Shown here: positions 28,129 through 37,633 of the stretch, piece by piece
Layout: each line of letters begins with the position of its first letter
Numbering within the stretch: position 1 is the first letter of the stretch
Source: a virus
IMG/VR virus record: IMGVR_UViG_3300027739_000009
Location: 7,635 to 71,634 of that record
Length of the DNA: 64,000 nt
Direction: 5' to 3' (one strand)
Program-made: the position numbers and the translations under genes
Notes under the pieces: model-generated
What the model saw: the letters and a program-made list of their open reading frames with translations, nothing else
Database searches by the model: none
Told to the model about the DNA's origin: nothing

Positions 28129-28722
28129 TTATTTGAACCCTAATGCGTTGATCTTAGCAGCATCCAGATTCGTCATAGCGCTTGCTGCCGGTTTTGTTTC
28201 TTTGGTCTCTGGAACCTGGGAACCAACTGGCAGGGCTTTCTCAAAAGACTCTGAGGTAGAGGTGTACTCTCTCAAAATCGCTTCAGCTGTCCAATTCGTC
28301 ATGTCGACAGCAGCCAGTGAAAGGGCCGTCCGCATGACACTGATTTGGCCGATTACAATGGCCTTAAACTCCTGAGACTCTTCGGCAGACGCCTTGACCT
28401 TGACATCAGCAGACAGGGCCTGGGCCTCAAGATCAGTAACCTTGGCAGTCAACTCAACAATCTGAGCGTCCTTGGCAGAAACGTCGGCGGTGAGAGCATC
28501 GATCTGACCCTGCAGCTCAACTGCCTGTGTGTCGTCTTCAGTCTCTGCGCCTTCTGCTTCTCCAGCCGTACCGTCCGTGGCTGACTGGTTTTCTACGGTG
28601 GTATCCCCTGCAGATGCATCTGCGCCAGTTCCCGCCTCACCGGTCGCGTCGGCAGAGTGATCTACCAACTTTCCGGCGGCCAGAGCAGCCAATGCTTCAG
28701 GAGACATAATCTTTTTCTTCAT
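28129..28722 (-). CDS. Scaffolding protein
   Basis: Acidic disordered N-terminus plus coiled coil, between protease and decoration genes. Confidence 0.65.
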   Translation of the reverse strand: MKKKIMSPEALAALAAGKLVDHSADATGEAGTGADASAGDTTVENQSATDGTAGEAEGAETEDDTQAVELQGQIDALTADVSAKDAQIVELTAKVTDLEAQALSADVKVKASAEESQEFKAIVIGQISVMRTALSLAAVDMTNWTAEAILREYTSTSESFEKALPVGSQVPETKETKPAASAMTNLDAAKINALGFK

Positions 28723-28757
28723 GTCTGTTCTCCTCGCTCCGTGGAGCTGATTTAGAG

Positions 28758-29618
28758 TTATAACCTGCCATAGGGTACAGGCTGTTTGGTTCTACTGTCA
28801 ATATTTTTCTTAGCAAGTCCGGCTATTTTCAAAAAAGCGTCATCGAAAGTCAAAATTCCGTCCACCAAGCCAACAGCATGTGCCTGCTCACCGATGAAGG
28901 TCCGTCCGGAGGTGATATCCAGCGAATCGAGCATCGGAACAGGTATCCCACGGGCCTCGGAAACGATGTTGTAGAACTTGTCAGCCAGAAGCATTACCTG
29001 CTCCTGCATGTACTTGCCTTCTTTGTCAGTAGGCTTGAATGCCGGGTGCCCTGCCATCTTCAGATCACCAGAGCGGTACCGTATCGGCCGGATACCCTCT
29101 TTCTTGTACTTTTCAGACATATCGGCGCTGACAGACACAACACCGACAGATCCTACAGAGGCAAAGTCACCGGCATAAACGTGATCAGCCTGAATTCCTA
29201 AAAATAGGGCTGCGGAGGCCATCATCTCTTCGGAGAAGGCCAGGGTCGGGACTGGCAAGGAGGAGATGAGTTCCGCAGCCCCATTCATTCCAGCTACCCG
29301 CCCGCCCGGGGAGCCAATGTGATACATCACGCCACCAACCCCTGACTCTACGGCCTGGAGTGAGGCTTTTCTGATCTCATCATACGCCACAAGGCCGAAA
29401 TACTTGTTCAGCCAGCTATTGTTGTTCGTGAGCATGCCTTTGATCGTTACCACCCCGACGCCCTGCTCGATCTGGAGGATCTCAGACTGCTCATTCTCGT
29501 CGTCGTCCAGGTCGGAAGCGGCCACGGCCATCAGCTTCTCAGCCAAGGCCCTTTCACACGCCGAGAATTGGTCAGCGTGGCTTTCCATGATGGCTAGTAT
29601 CTCAAAGTCATTGTTCAT
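28758..29618 (-). CDS. Prohead protease, S49 (SppA/ClpP-like) family
   Basis: IGSPGGRVAG, MMASAALFLG, VGSVGVV, GRTFIGEQAHAVGLVDGI. Confidence 0.9.
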   Translation of the reverse strand: MNNDFEILAIMESHADQFSACERALAEKLMAVAASDLDDDENEQSEILQIEQGVGVVTIKGMLTNNNSWLNKYFGLVAYDEIRKASLQAVESGVGGVMYHIGSPGGRVAGMNGAAELISSLPVPTLAFSEEMMASAALFLGIQADHVYAGDFASVGSVGVVSVSADMSEKYKKEGIRPIRYRSGDLKMAGHPAFKPTDKEGKYMQEQVMLLADKFYNIVSEARGIPVPMLDSLDITSGRTFIGEQAHAVGLVDGILTFDDAFLKIAGLAKKNIDSRTKQPVPYGRL

Positions 29619-31108
29619 TTCGATTTAACTCCAGGACTCTTGGTATCCCCGCTGTCCTTCTGGGACTGGGTACTGTTCGGTTTACCCTCACCGGTACCGG
29701 CCGAGGTATTTGAATAGTCGTTGGTACCGCCGTCATTCGGGCTGGCTGTCTTGAACATGGTACCAGAAAGAGGCTTGAAGCCTTTTGGAGGAAGTGTCCC
29801 GGTGAGCCTGATAGAGGCCTCGATATCAGAAATGAAGCCCAGAGACAGCTGCTCTAGGACTGTTGCCTGATCCACCGCCTTAAACGACGCCAGTTCCAGC
29901 TCTGGCCTGAGATTTGCCTCTGCGTATTTGAATTGTACGGTTACGGCCTTTCCAAAAACTTTCGCCACCAAAGTCAGAGCACGGGAGAATATGATGTTGA
30001 GCTCCTGCTGCAGCTTGGTGGCTGAGCTTACGAATAACTGGGCTTCCATACTGGCGGCAGAAGATCCCTCCCCACGCCCGATTACTGACGGCAGTATCGA
30101 GGCCCCAGCCGTTATCCTTCCGTTGATCAGGTCCTTCAGGACCGCGATCGATTTATCCTCAGACCGGTTTTTGTCCTGTACCGTGGTCACCGACAAGGAG
30201 TCGAAGACCACCAGGGCGTCTTCCGGCTGCAGGTTATTGAGCTGATCTTCCAACTGAGCAACCGTGGCGTCCATGTATTCCTTCATGGCCTTGGCGTCAG
30301 ATTGGATGGTCAGCGGAACGGTTTTTCTAAAATTCTCAGACTCGATGGTAACGACCAGGCGGCCGAGCAGGTTCTTGATCGCAGCCTTTCTCAGGGCGTC
30401 TGTGAACTCGAAGTCCCACAAACAGGCCTGGATAGCAGCCTGGAGAGGGCTGTCGGCATACGGAGACTCGCTGTCCTGCATCGTGGCAGTATAGAAAACG
30501 GTAGGGAAATTCAGAGGTACATCGGCGTCCGGACCCTTGTAGATCGGGTAAGTGCCTGGGGTATCATCAGCCCACTTCAACAGACGAGCCGCGATCGGTT
30601 TCAAGTGGCTGGGAATCCTCCCCTTACCGAGGACGACCTCCAGGCCCATGGCCCCATATCGCAAGTTATCGTAGAGAAGAGACGATGCAAGTGAGCGAAA
30701 GTCCGTGCTTTTATAGAATTTGGTGTAATCAGGTGCCCCGAAGTCCAACCGGCGAGTAAACGCCTGCATCAGCTCCGTAGCTTGCTCATCCACCCGGCCA
30801 GCCTCATCGTAGGCAATCACCGTGTAGCTGGTGGTCACCGCCGTCCCAATCTTCCGCATAACAGTAGAGAAGAGATCAGGGCTGGCCAGTACCAGCTTCT
30901 TGATCGTCTCCCCCATCGTAGCCTCGCTACGGGTGAAGGCGCTCAGGGCTGTGTTGGTGATATTGTTGGTCTTATCAGAGACAGTGGCTCCCCGCGTCTT
31001 GCCGAGAAACTTGGGTATTACCTGCTCAGACGAAGGCAGCTTCGGCGGCTTCTCAGCCGGCAAGGCTGCGGCTCTGGGCCGAAATATGCTGAAGAGTGAG
31101 TTTAACAT
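29615..31108 (-). CDS. Portal protein
   Basis: About 497 aa between TerL and protease; start MLNSLF at 31108 preferred. Confidence 0.8.
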   Translation of the reverse strand: MLNSLFSIFRPRAAALPAEKPPKLPSSEQVIPKFLGKTRGATVSDKTNNITNTALSAFTRSEATMGETIKKLVLASPDLFSTVMRKIGTAVTTSYTVIAYDEAGRVDEQATELMQAFTRRLDFGAPDYTKFYKSTDFRSLASSLLYDNLRYGAMGLEVVLGKGRIPSHLKPIAARLLKWADDTPGTYPIYKGPDADVPLNFPTVFYTATMQDSESPYADSPLQAAIQACLWDFEFTDALRKAAIKNLLGRLVVTIESENFRKTVPLTIQSDAKAMKEYMDATVAQLEDQLNNLQPEDALVVFDSLSVTTVQDKNRSEDKSIAVLKDLINGRITAGASILPSVIGRGEGSSAASMEAQLFVSSATKLQQELNIIFSRALTLVAKVFGKAVTVQFKYAEANLRPELELASFKAVDQATVLEQLSLGFISDIEASIRLTGTLPPKGFKPLSGTMFKTASPNDGGTNDYSNTSAGTGEGKPNSTQSQKDSGDTKSPGVKSK

Positions 31109-31177
31109 GCTGGAAGGGTATCGCCAAAACTTTGGCATGTCAATACTTAATGGTAAACCGAGACGTATTTTTGACAC

Positions 31178-31214
31178 AAAAAAGCCCAACCAGGGTCAGA
31201 GTCCTGGTTGGGCT
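31178..31214 (-). terminator. Intrinsic terminator
   Basis: AGCCCAACCAGG-8nt-CCTGGTTGGGCT followed by a U-tract on the minus strand. Confidence 0.75.
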
Positions 31215-31275
31215 GGGGACGAGGACCAGCCTCGATCTGAAGGAAAAGCCAGGATAACCTACTTAACCGACCCTG

Positions 31276-31497
31276 TCAATCCCTCTTTGAGCATGTCTTA
31301 ACTCCTGTCGCACCACGGTCAAAGTGCTGACAGCGCTCCTGCACGTTCCCCGCGTGATCCTGCCTCAGGCAGAAACCTTTTTTACAATAGCGATTAATAA
31401 TTGTAACTCCCTCATCATCTGAAACACTCTTCAAATTGTACTCGCTCATCACAGCCATAACACCCTCCAATAATTGAGTTTCGTTGGAGGGTACCAT
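31276..31497 (-). CDS. Small Cys-containing hypothetical protein
   Basis: 73-aa ORF between TerL and portal. Confidence 0.35.
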   Translation of the reverse strand: MVPSNETQLLEGVMAVMSEYNLKSVSDDEGVTIINRYCKKGFCLRQDHAGNVQERCQHFDRGATGVKTCSKRD

Positions 31498-31519
31498 ATA
31501 CGCGCCCGCGAGGCAATTA

Positions 31520-33193
31520 TTACTGCCTGTGCTTGAACTTCATCAACAACGTCGGTATGGCAAATGAGTCGTCCAGACCAGCCATCGCCAGCTTCCCGGC
31601 TGTGAAGAAATAGGTCATGGCATGGAAGAAGTGATCCTCCCCAATCTTCGATTTGATCCACATGTAAATCATCTCCTCGAACCGGTAGTCCCGCACCCTC
31701 CGCATATCGAGCAGGTGCTTGACCATCAGCCCTTCCATCGGACTAGGCTCGAAAGTAACGAAATTATTCAAAGAATTCGACAGCAGATCCATCATCGGAG
31801 ACTTATTGATGCTCACCTGCCTGACCATTTCGTCATATTTATCGTCAATCTTCAGTTTGAACAACTCCGGGATGGGCGTTGTCGGGCTGACGTAGATGGC
31901 TGAGTAAAGTCTGGGGTATTTCTTAACCAACCGGTAGACAAGGTCTGAGTATGGTTGGGAGTCCAGCACGGCGGCCGAAAAAACGGTTTTCTGAAATTGC
32001 TCTTGCAGAAAATCTTCCAATTCGGACAATTTAACAATGTGCATTTCATCCACATGAAGTGTCGTATCATTATTCAGCCTCCCCTTGACAAAATGACATA
32101 ACTTACCGAGATCTAAGCCAAATATCTGCTGCGCTGGGACCATCGGCTTGTGCTCGAAGTGAATGTGCTCCCGCTGGATACTCGAGTCCTTCAAATCCGC
32201 CACCCTGCCCAGCCCCTGGTTCAAAAACTCTACGTGACTGGTGTAACTCAAGCTCGACTCCACCAGATCAGGCATGGAGATGAACTCAGGCGCACAGAAT
32301 GGGCTCAGCTTCACCCCTATGGTGTTCTTCATGCCCAACGGGTTGTAATCAATCCTCCACACCAGTTTAGGCTTAACGATCGCCTTGAGGCACTCAGGAC
32401 ACTCCAGAAAGGCATCCTCAATCGGCAGCAACGCAGCCTTGGACTTCGTGAGGATCAGCAGACTCTCGTTATACTCAGGAATCTTGACATGGGCATAGTA
32501 ATCCGGCTCAAACTCATGACCGCAATGCTCGCACTTGGTCAAAGCGACGTGCTGTTCCCTCGATTCGTTGAACTCAGCGTCAATTCCTATACCTTGAACA
32601 GTCGGAGTCGATATCCTGATGATCACCCGTTTCTCTGCCGGGGTGTGAGTCATACGAGATCTATACCCGGTGACGATGTCCGGGTCCTGCCGATCCAGCT
32701 CATCGATGAGACACACGGCAATCGGCCTGTTCAACAGAGACCCGGAGGAGTTCTTTGATCCTCCGAGGGCATACATGATCGATCCGTTATGAAATGCCTT
32801 GGCGCTGGCCGAGTCAATGTCCCTGTTCAGCATCCCCGACAGCTTTGGAGACTCGCTGATGATACTGGCAAACCTGGTCTTGAGTACCTCCTGGGCGAAG
32901 AGTTTGCTTGGGAAGGATATCAACGCACCGATCCCAGGAAACAGCGCCATTAATGCCAGTACAACTCGGTTTGCTATCTCTGATAGCCCAATTTGGGACG
33001 GCTTAAGAACATTCAGAATATGACCAGGTCTGGTCTCCAGCAGGTTGCAAAGGTACTCTTGGTATTCGTGACCCTTAAATGAGAAGGGCTTGCCGTTCAG
33101 CCAGGTGTCAGACTCGATAAACGCGGAGAGTGAGGCCGAGTTCTTGAGTTGGGCTGTGAGGGAGTCGAGAAAGGTTCTGGCGATCTTATTCAT
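31520..33193 (-). CDS. terL: Terminase large subunit (GpA-like)
   Basis: KPSQIGLSE Walker A, CLIDELDR Walker B, ISTPT coupling motif, CxxC Zn sites, FGLDLG and DHFFHA nuclease motifs. Confidence 0.9.
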   Translation of the reverse strand: MNKIARTFLDSLTAQLKNSASLSAFIESDTWLNGKPFSFKGHEYQEYLCNLLETRPGHILNVLKPSQIGLSEIANRVVLALMALFPGIGALISFPSKLFAQEVLKTRFASIISESPKLSGMLNRDIDSASAKAFHNGSIMYALGGSKNSSGSLLNRPIAVCLIDELDRQDPDIVTGYRSRMTHTPAEKRVIIRISTPTVQGIGIDAEFNESREQHVALTKCEHCGHEFEPDYYAHVKIPEYNESLLILTKSKAALLPIEDAFLECPECLKAIVKPKLVWRIDYNPLGMKNTIGVKLSPFCAPEFISMPDLVESSLSYTSHVEFLNQGLGRVADLKDSSIQREHIHFEHKPMVPAQQIFGLDLGKLCHFVKGRLNNDTTLHVDEMHIVKLSELEDFLQEQFQKTVFSAAVLDSQPYSDLVYRLVKKYPRLYSAIYVSPTTPIPELFKLKIDDKYDEMVRQVSINKSPMMDLLSNSLNNFVTFEPSPMEGLMVKHLLDMRRVRDYRFEEMIYMWIKSKIGEDHFFHAMTYFFTAGKLAMAGLDDSFAIPTLLMKFKHRQ

Positions 33194-33831
33194 ACGGTTT
33201 CCAGATGGACCTCCAACAGATCCAGGACCCGTTGCTTGAACTCCGGCGAGGCATCCTCCAGGGCGTTGAAGATTGCTTGCTGTATTCTCGCTATGGTGTC
33301 TGCGTTGTGCGCTTCCATCTGCAGCTTCACCAGCTCCTTGAGCATACTCGTGGTGGCGTTCAGGACGCTTGCCACTGAAGCTCCGTTGGCCTCAGGGTTG
33401 AAGAGGATGCTGTCTCGTGCCTCGATGACACGATCATAGTGGGCCCGCAGCTCCTCAGCTACCTGGATTGACCCGTCAGCCGGCCGCTCAGCGTTCCTTC
33501 TCGCTATCCTCTCATCTTCCAGCTTTTTCCGTCGCTCGAAAAATCCTTCTTCTTCTATCTTTTTCACCTCTTCCTCTAAGGCTTTCTTGAAAAAGACCTC
33601 TTCCTCGTCTGGCAGCAACTCTGGAGTTAACTCAACGGGCTTTGCCTGTTCCTGGGCCACTTTTTCCAGTTCTGCATCGACTATTTCCTTTATTTCGTCA
33701 TACGTCGGTTCGTTGTGGACTTCCCAGGACCCCTCTTGCAGCTTAGCCCGCTCTTTGTCCGGAATGAGATCCTTTTCTTCAGGTTTGTTCGACTGGACCG
33801 GGACGAATGGGTTATTTTTCCGTATTGCCAT
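33190..33831 (-). CDS. Putative terminase small subunit
   Basis: Helical acidic protein overlapping TerL start. Confidence 0.5.
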   Translation of the reverse strand: MAIRKNNPFVPVQSNKPEEKDLIPDKERAKLQEGSWEVHNEPTYDEIKEIVDAELEKVAQEQAKPVELTPELLPDEEEVFFKKALEEEVKKIEEEGFFERRKKLEDERIARRNAERPADGSIQVAEELRAHYDRVIEARDSILFNPEANGASVASVLNATTSMLKELVKLQMEAHNADTIARIQQAIFNALEDASPEFKQRVLDLLEVHLETV

Positions 33832-33836
33832 TGGTT

Positions 33837-34088
33837 TTACCTATTGTAGAGATCTGGATACTTCGCTTTTAGCTTCTCGTAGAGTTCTGGCATCTTCTCG
33901 ATGAAGGTTTCTCTGTACTGTCCCTCGGGTCTCACTTTTCCGTTGAGCCACCTGGAGACATTCCCCTGGGTCGTTTTGAGCCGCTTGGCGAGTTCGCGTT
34001 GAGTCATGGGATCATAGTAGTGGGTTCTGCGTTGGATGTCAACGATGTATATGCATTTCGTTGGTGGTTGTTCTGTGGTTGTTTTCAT
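33837..34088 (-). CDS. Cro/C1-type HTH protein
   Basis: MTQRELAKRLKTTQGNVSRWLNGKVRP; GAGG RBS before ATG 34088. Confidence 0.8.
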   Translation of the reverse strand: MKTTTEQPPTKCIYIVDIQRRTHYYDPMTQRELAKRLKTTQGNVSRWLNGKVRPEGQYRETFIEKMPELYEKLKAKYPDLYNR

Positions 34089-34220
34089 TACAGCCTCGGA
34101 ATATACGTTGGCTCGGCCGAAGTTGATGCATGTGCATACTTGTCCCAAAATTTCCGGGGGTACCCACTCGACCTACGAGGCCACTTTACGTAAACGTCAA
34201 CCTGACCGGTACACGTCAAC

Positions 34221-34347
34221 GTACCACGCCGTGGTATACCACAAAGTGGTACGCCTCAACGCGCCATCGCATGTACTACAATGTAGTACCTCTCCTCTGA
34301 GTACCACATTGTAGGATGTCACGTTGTAGGATGTCACGTTGTGGTAC
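34221..34347. repeat. Six degenerate palindromes GTACCAC-N3-GTGGTAC, mostly at 15-bp period
   Basis: Copies at 34221, 34236, 34273, 34301, 34316 and 34331. Confidence 0.75.
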
Positions 34348-34798
34348 CTCGCCTCCTGGCCCTGGTAAACACATCAATATAATAGATGTATATAATAACA
34401 TATAGTTATACGTTGTATAGTATGCCTGACATATACTATCATTATGTGATATGCCCTAGAATGTCCATATTGCCTTGTTTTTCGCGTCTTACTGTCAGGA
34501 CATACAATGGTATTAGTTGCCTATTGATCGTTGAAATTTGATTTTTAAGGGTAAAAACTACCGTATATTGTTCAGGATATCAGTCTATAATCTGTATTAT
34601 ATACATGAATTGTATGGATAATCCGCATATTATAAGGCGTTTTTGTGGTGGTATAACCTTTGACTATACGTTGTATAGGTAAAGTCCTATGAATATATAC
34701 TCTCTTGAATGGTTAGGATAGATGGCTATATTATATAGGCTGGATGAATATGGCATAGACTGGCAAAGAAAGAAAAAAGAAAAAGATAGAAAAAAGAC

Positions 34799-34828
34799 TT
34801 TACAATAGTATTTTTTCAATGGTATAAA
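34799..34828 (+). promoter_or_regulatory. Strong sigma70-type promoter with A-tract UP element
   Basis: TTTACA-N18-TATAAA with extended -10 TGn; A-tracts at 34765-34795. Confidence 0.65.
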
Positions 34829-34903
34829 GAAGCATACAGTTTGTTTAGTGCTTGCCGGGTGGACCGGCCAGCCATGACAAACAAATAAATAAAAGGTGAA
34901 ATT

Positions 34904-35614
34904 ATGAATACTGTATCCGCTCCCGTTGTATCCGCTCCCGTTGTTTCCTCAGATGTTACTTTAGTACCTGGCCAGGAAGTAAAGGTAAGTATTCCAGTTA
35001 TTAACCTTGAAAGATTGACGACTGACGCCAGGGTTATAGATTTGGCAACGGTAACAACAAGACAATTGATTACAGACTGTCGGCTGGCCACCTCTCACGA
35101 TACCAATATCCCTGATTACCTTATAGGTATAGCTGCCAGCGCTGGCCAGTGGTTAGCTGCGAGAAGGGGAAAGAGTGAGGAAAAAATTAGGCTTTTCGGC
35201 GTAGTCTGTTCAGGGGATTTGAAACCGCGTGGACTGTCTAACAGTCTGAGGGATTTGGTCGCTTTGTCGTCTGATCCTGCTTTATCTCCTGAAACTAGGG
35301 CAAAGTATGCCGATATGTTACTGATTGCTCGCTTGGTTAATTCCGTTGCTAAAATGGTATCGGATGACAAAAACCAGGCTTTCAAGTCTCAACAAGAAAT
35401 AATTGATCATGAGGCCAGCAAGGCCAGCAAGGCCAAAGAAGACAGGGAGCAAGAGAAGGCCAGCGCAAGCGCAAGCGCTCTTGTTATTGCAGAACAAGAG
35501 GAAAAGCTTAAAAAGCTTTCTGCCTTTCTGGTTTTTTCGGCTGAAGTTATCAATAAACCTGACAGTATGACGAAAAGCCAGATTATCGCTCGATTGGCAG
35601 AATTGAGCAAATAA
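34904..35614 (+). CDS. Hypothetical protein (first rightward gene; C-terminal coiled coil)
   Basis: 236-aa ORF with promoter, AAGGTGA RBS and terminator; 15-nt duplication encoding VSAPV twice. Confidence 0.7.
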   Translation: MNTVSAPVVSAPVVSSDVTLVPGQEVKVSIPVINLERLTTDARVIDLATVTTRQLITDCRLATSHDTNIPDYLIGIAASAGQWLAARRGKSEEKIRLFGVVCSGDLKPRGLSNSLRDLVALSSDPALSPETRAKYADMLLIARLVNSVAKMVSDDKNQAFKSQQEIIDHEASKASKAKEDREQEKASASASALVIAEQEEKLKKLSAFLVFSAEVINKPDSMTKSQIIARLAELSK

Positions 35615-35622
35615 TCTGTGAT

Positions 35623-35656
35623 ACAAGACAGGGGAAAATTTTCCCTGTCTTGTTTC
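35623..35656 (+). terminator. Intrinsic terminator
   Basis: ACAAGACAGGG-gaaaatttt-CCCTGTCTTGT-TTC. Confidence 0.75.
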
Positions 35657-36165
35657 ATGGCTATTTTCTCAACCATGCTAGAATGATCTTTCTCCCTGGA
35701 TGTTTATCCACCTCTTTTTTCTGGTAAATAATTACAAGGCTTTATCCCTCGGAATTATCCGCTAAAAGACTGATTTTTTCTTGTTGCTCCCGATAATTGC
35801 ATAATGTTTGCATAGGGTTAAAGATACAACAAGGACGGCTTATCAGTCTAACGTTCAGAACAGAAAAGGCTTTTATATGGCTTTTCTCGACTGATAAAAG
35901 GTTTCCGTTTAGCATGGTTTCAACCATGTAGGATATCGGGTTTTTATAGCGTAATTCAGGCTATATGTACAAGACTTGTAAGGTATTGAGCAAGGCTAGA
36001 AAAAAGATTGTTTCTCTTTACATTGTTGTTTTCCCCTTGGGCATATCGGCCAGCTATATATAGTTGACCAGGTATAAGCTATTTTAATTACCAGGTAATT
36101 AAAAAGGATTTATGAAAGATTTTAATTACCAGTAATTAAAAAAGACTGGCTGAACAAGTTAAGTC

Positions 36166-36222
36166 TTGCCTAAATGTTTCAGGCCTGCCTAAATGTTTCA
36201 GGCTTGCCTAAATGTTTCAGTC
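36166..36222 (+). repeat. Three tandem 19-bp repeats (T/C)TGCCTAAATGTTTCAGGC
   Basis: Units at 36166, 36185 and 36204 with no spacers. Confidence 0.9.
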
Positions 36223-36474
36223 TACCCAAAAATGCCTGACAAACTAGAACAGCGGAGCTATGCTCAAAATCCAGAAAAACGGGTTAAACTGTTTTAATTA
36301 CAGGTAATTAAAAAATGACAGTGGTACAGATGAGTTTGACAGACTCGGAGAGACAAGTGAGGCGTTGATAGGTGTGAACCATGACGAGCTGACGCAAGCT
36401 ACCGCACAGCGGAGTTGCCAAGTATGTGGTCACATCTGAGCCGAAAAGATTTACTGAAGATGCCTAGCAAGCAT

Positions 36475-36540
36475 TTTCAGTATCTCTATATCAGTGACAT
36501 AACCCAGCGAAGCTATGTCCTTGATACAGAGATACTGAAA
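36475..36540 (+). ncRNA. Rod-like RNA hairpin in an ORF-free interval
   Basis: Perfect 13-bp outer stem TTTCAGTATCTCT/AGAGATACTGAAA plus two inner 6-bp stems. Confidence 0.45.
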
Positions 36541-36597
36541 TGATGACGGTAATGATTTCTAATTACCGGTAATTAAAATTCAACAAACGGTGACATT

Positions 36598-36960
36598 ATG
36601 AAGATCGTAACATTGAACGGACGAGGTGCATTGGTTGCTGATCCTGAAGCCTTGGTTAGCCGCTTGAGCGGAGCAAAGATAGTTGGGCTGGCTGAGGCCA
36701 GCAAAATGACTGTGCTCGATATAAGGCACAGTATTAAGACTCCTGCAGCGAAAGCGGCACGAGACTGGCTGATAATGGGAAAAGGCTTTGCGAGATTTTC
36801 CCAGCTGGCGGTGCCTTGTCCACACACTGAGGCTGGATTTTCAGCCGGTGAAGTCAGAAAAGCCTTTATGGCTGGCCAGCAGCGACCCGGAAAAGTCAAG
36901 GGTTTGAAAATGGTTGGTGGAATATTTGATTCCACAGTAGGCTGGAAGAATTTGAAGTAA
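36598..36960 (+). CDS. Hypothetical protein
   Basis: ACGGTGA RBS; terminator downstream. Confidence 0.65.
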   Translation: MKIVTLNGRGALVADPEALVSRLSGAKIVGLAEASKMTVLDIRHSIKTPAAKAARDWLIMGKGFARFSQLAVPCPHTEAGFSAGEVRKAFMAGQQRPGKVKGLKMVGGIFDSTVGWKNLK

Positions 36961-36975
36961 GAAGAAAGAAAAGAA

Positions 36976-37008
36976 GCGCCCAGGCAGAAAATCGCCTGGG
37001 CTTTGTTG
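36976..37008 (+). terminator. Intrinsic terminator
   Basis: GCCCAGGC-agaaaatc-GCCTGGGC-TTTGTTGTTT. Confidence 0.65.
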
Positions 37009-37033
37009 TTTAATAACCACAAACGGTGAAACC

Positions 37034-37243
37034 ATGCCTAGAAGAAAGAGTAAAGAAACCAGCGAAGAAAGAGGATTGAGAGAAGCTCGGCAATATGCCA
37101 ACAAATTGTTGGCAGGCGCTGGTAGTCATCAAGACTACAGCGATTTGACCAACACCCTGCTTGTTGGTATGCAGTATGGAGATGACGCTATAGTCTACGA
37201 GCCTGCGGTGAAACAGGCACAGCGAATTATAAATGGCAGGTAA
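37034..37243 (+). CDS. Hypothetical protein
   Basis: ACGGTGA RBS, 69 aa. Confidence 0.6.
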   Translation: MPRRKSKETSEERGLREARQYANKLLAGAGSHQDYSDLTNTLLVGMQYGDDAIVYEPAVKQAQRIINGR

Positions 37244-37315
37244 AAGACGAAAAATAAGATCCGGATTCGATTTCAAATTCGATTTCAAATCCGGATCGTA
37301 ACCTGAGGGAAAATC

Positions 37316-37468
37316 ATGAAGAAACCGATATGTCCGTGTTGTGGTGGAAAAGATGTAATAATGATTCTGAATGGTGGCGGACGCTATCTGGAATGTGAAA
37401 GGTGTGGTGTCTCGACAAAGATCAATCCGCCCAAGAAAGTTTTGAAAAGATGGAGGTGGAAAGAATGA
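37316..37468 (+). CDS. Small Zn-ribbon protein, Lar-like architecture (not in the ORF track)
   Basis: MKKPICPCCGGKDV...YLECERCGVST; GAGGG RBS; ATGA coupling to next gene. Confidence 0.55.
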   Translation: MKKPICPCCGGKDVIMILNGGGRYLECERCGVSTKINPPKKVLKRWRWKE

Positions 37469-37632
37469 AACCTCAAGAATTGGAAAAGATCAGGAACTTA
37501 TACCAGGCTCGGTTGATATCCGAGTCTGAAGTCATTAACATTCTGCTCCTCGCCCATATTGAGGAGCGCCAGATCGAGGAAAACTTCGACTCGTATATCG
37601 AGTCAGAAGTTTCCCGCCGGCAGGCTGCATGA
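37465..37632 (+). CDS. Hypothetical protein
   Basis: GGAGGTGG RBS; ATGA overlap. Confidence 0.55.
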   Translation: MKPQELEKIRNLYQARLISESEVINILLLAHIEERQIEENFDSYIESEVSRRQAA

Positions 37633-37633
37633 C

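Larger units (their letters stand above)
36082..36578. promoter_or_regulatory. Four palindromic operator-like sites TAATTAC-N2/3-GTAATTA
   Basis: At about 36082, 36120, 36292 and 36560; fifth copy at 49362. Confidence 0.75.

Noticed and set aside
36166-36222. Mini-CRISPR array
   Set aside because: The repeats are directly adjacent with no unique spacers; the same applies to the 34221-34347 repeats.
34350-36600. tRNA genes in the long intergenic stretches
   Set aside because: No cloverleaf with T-loop GTTCRA and D-loop consensus could be found by eye; tRNAscan-SE or ARAGORN would be decisive.
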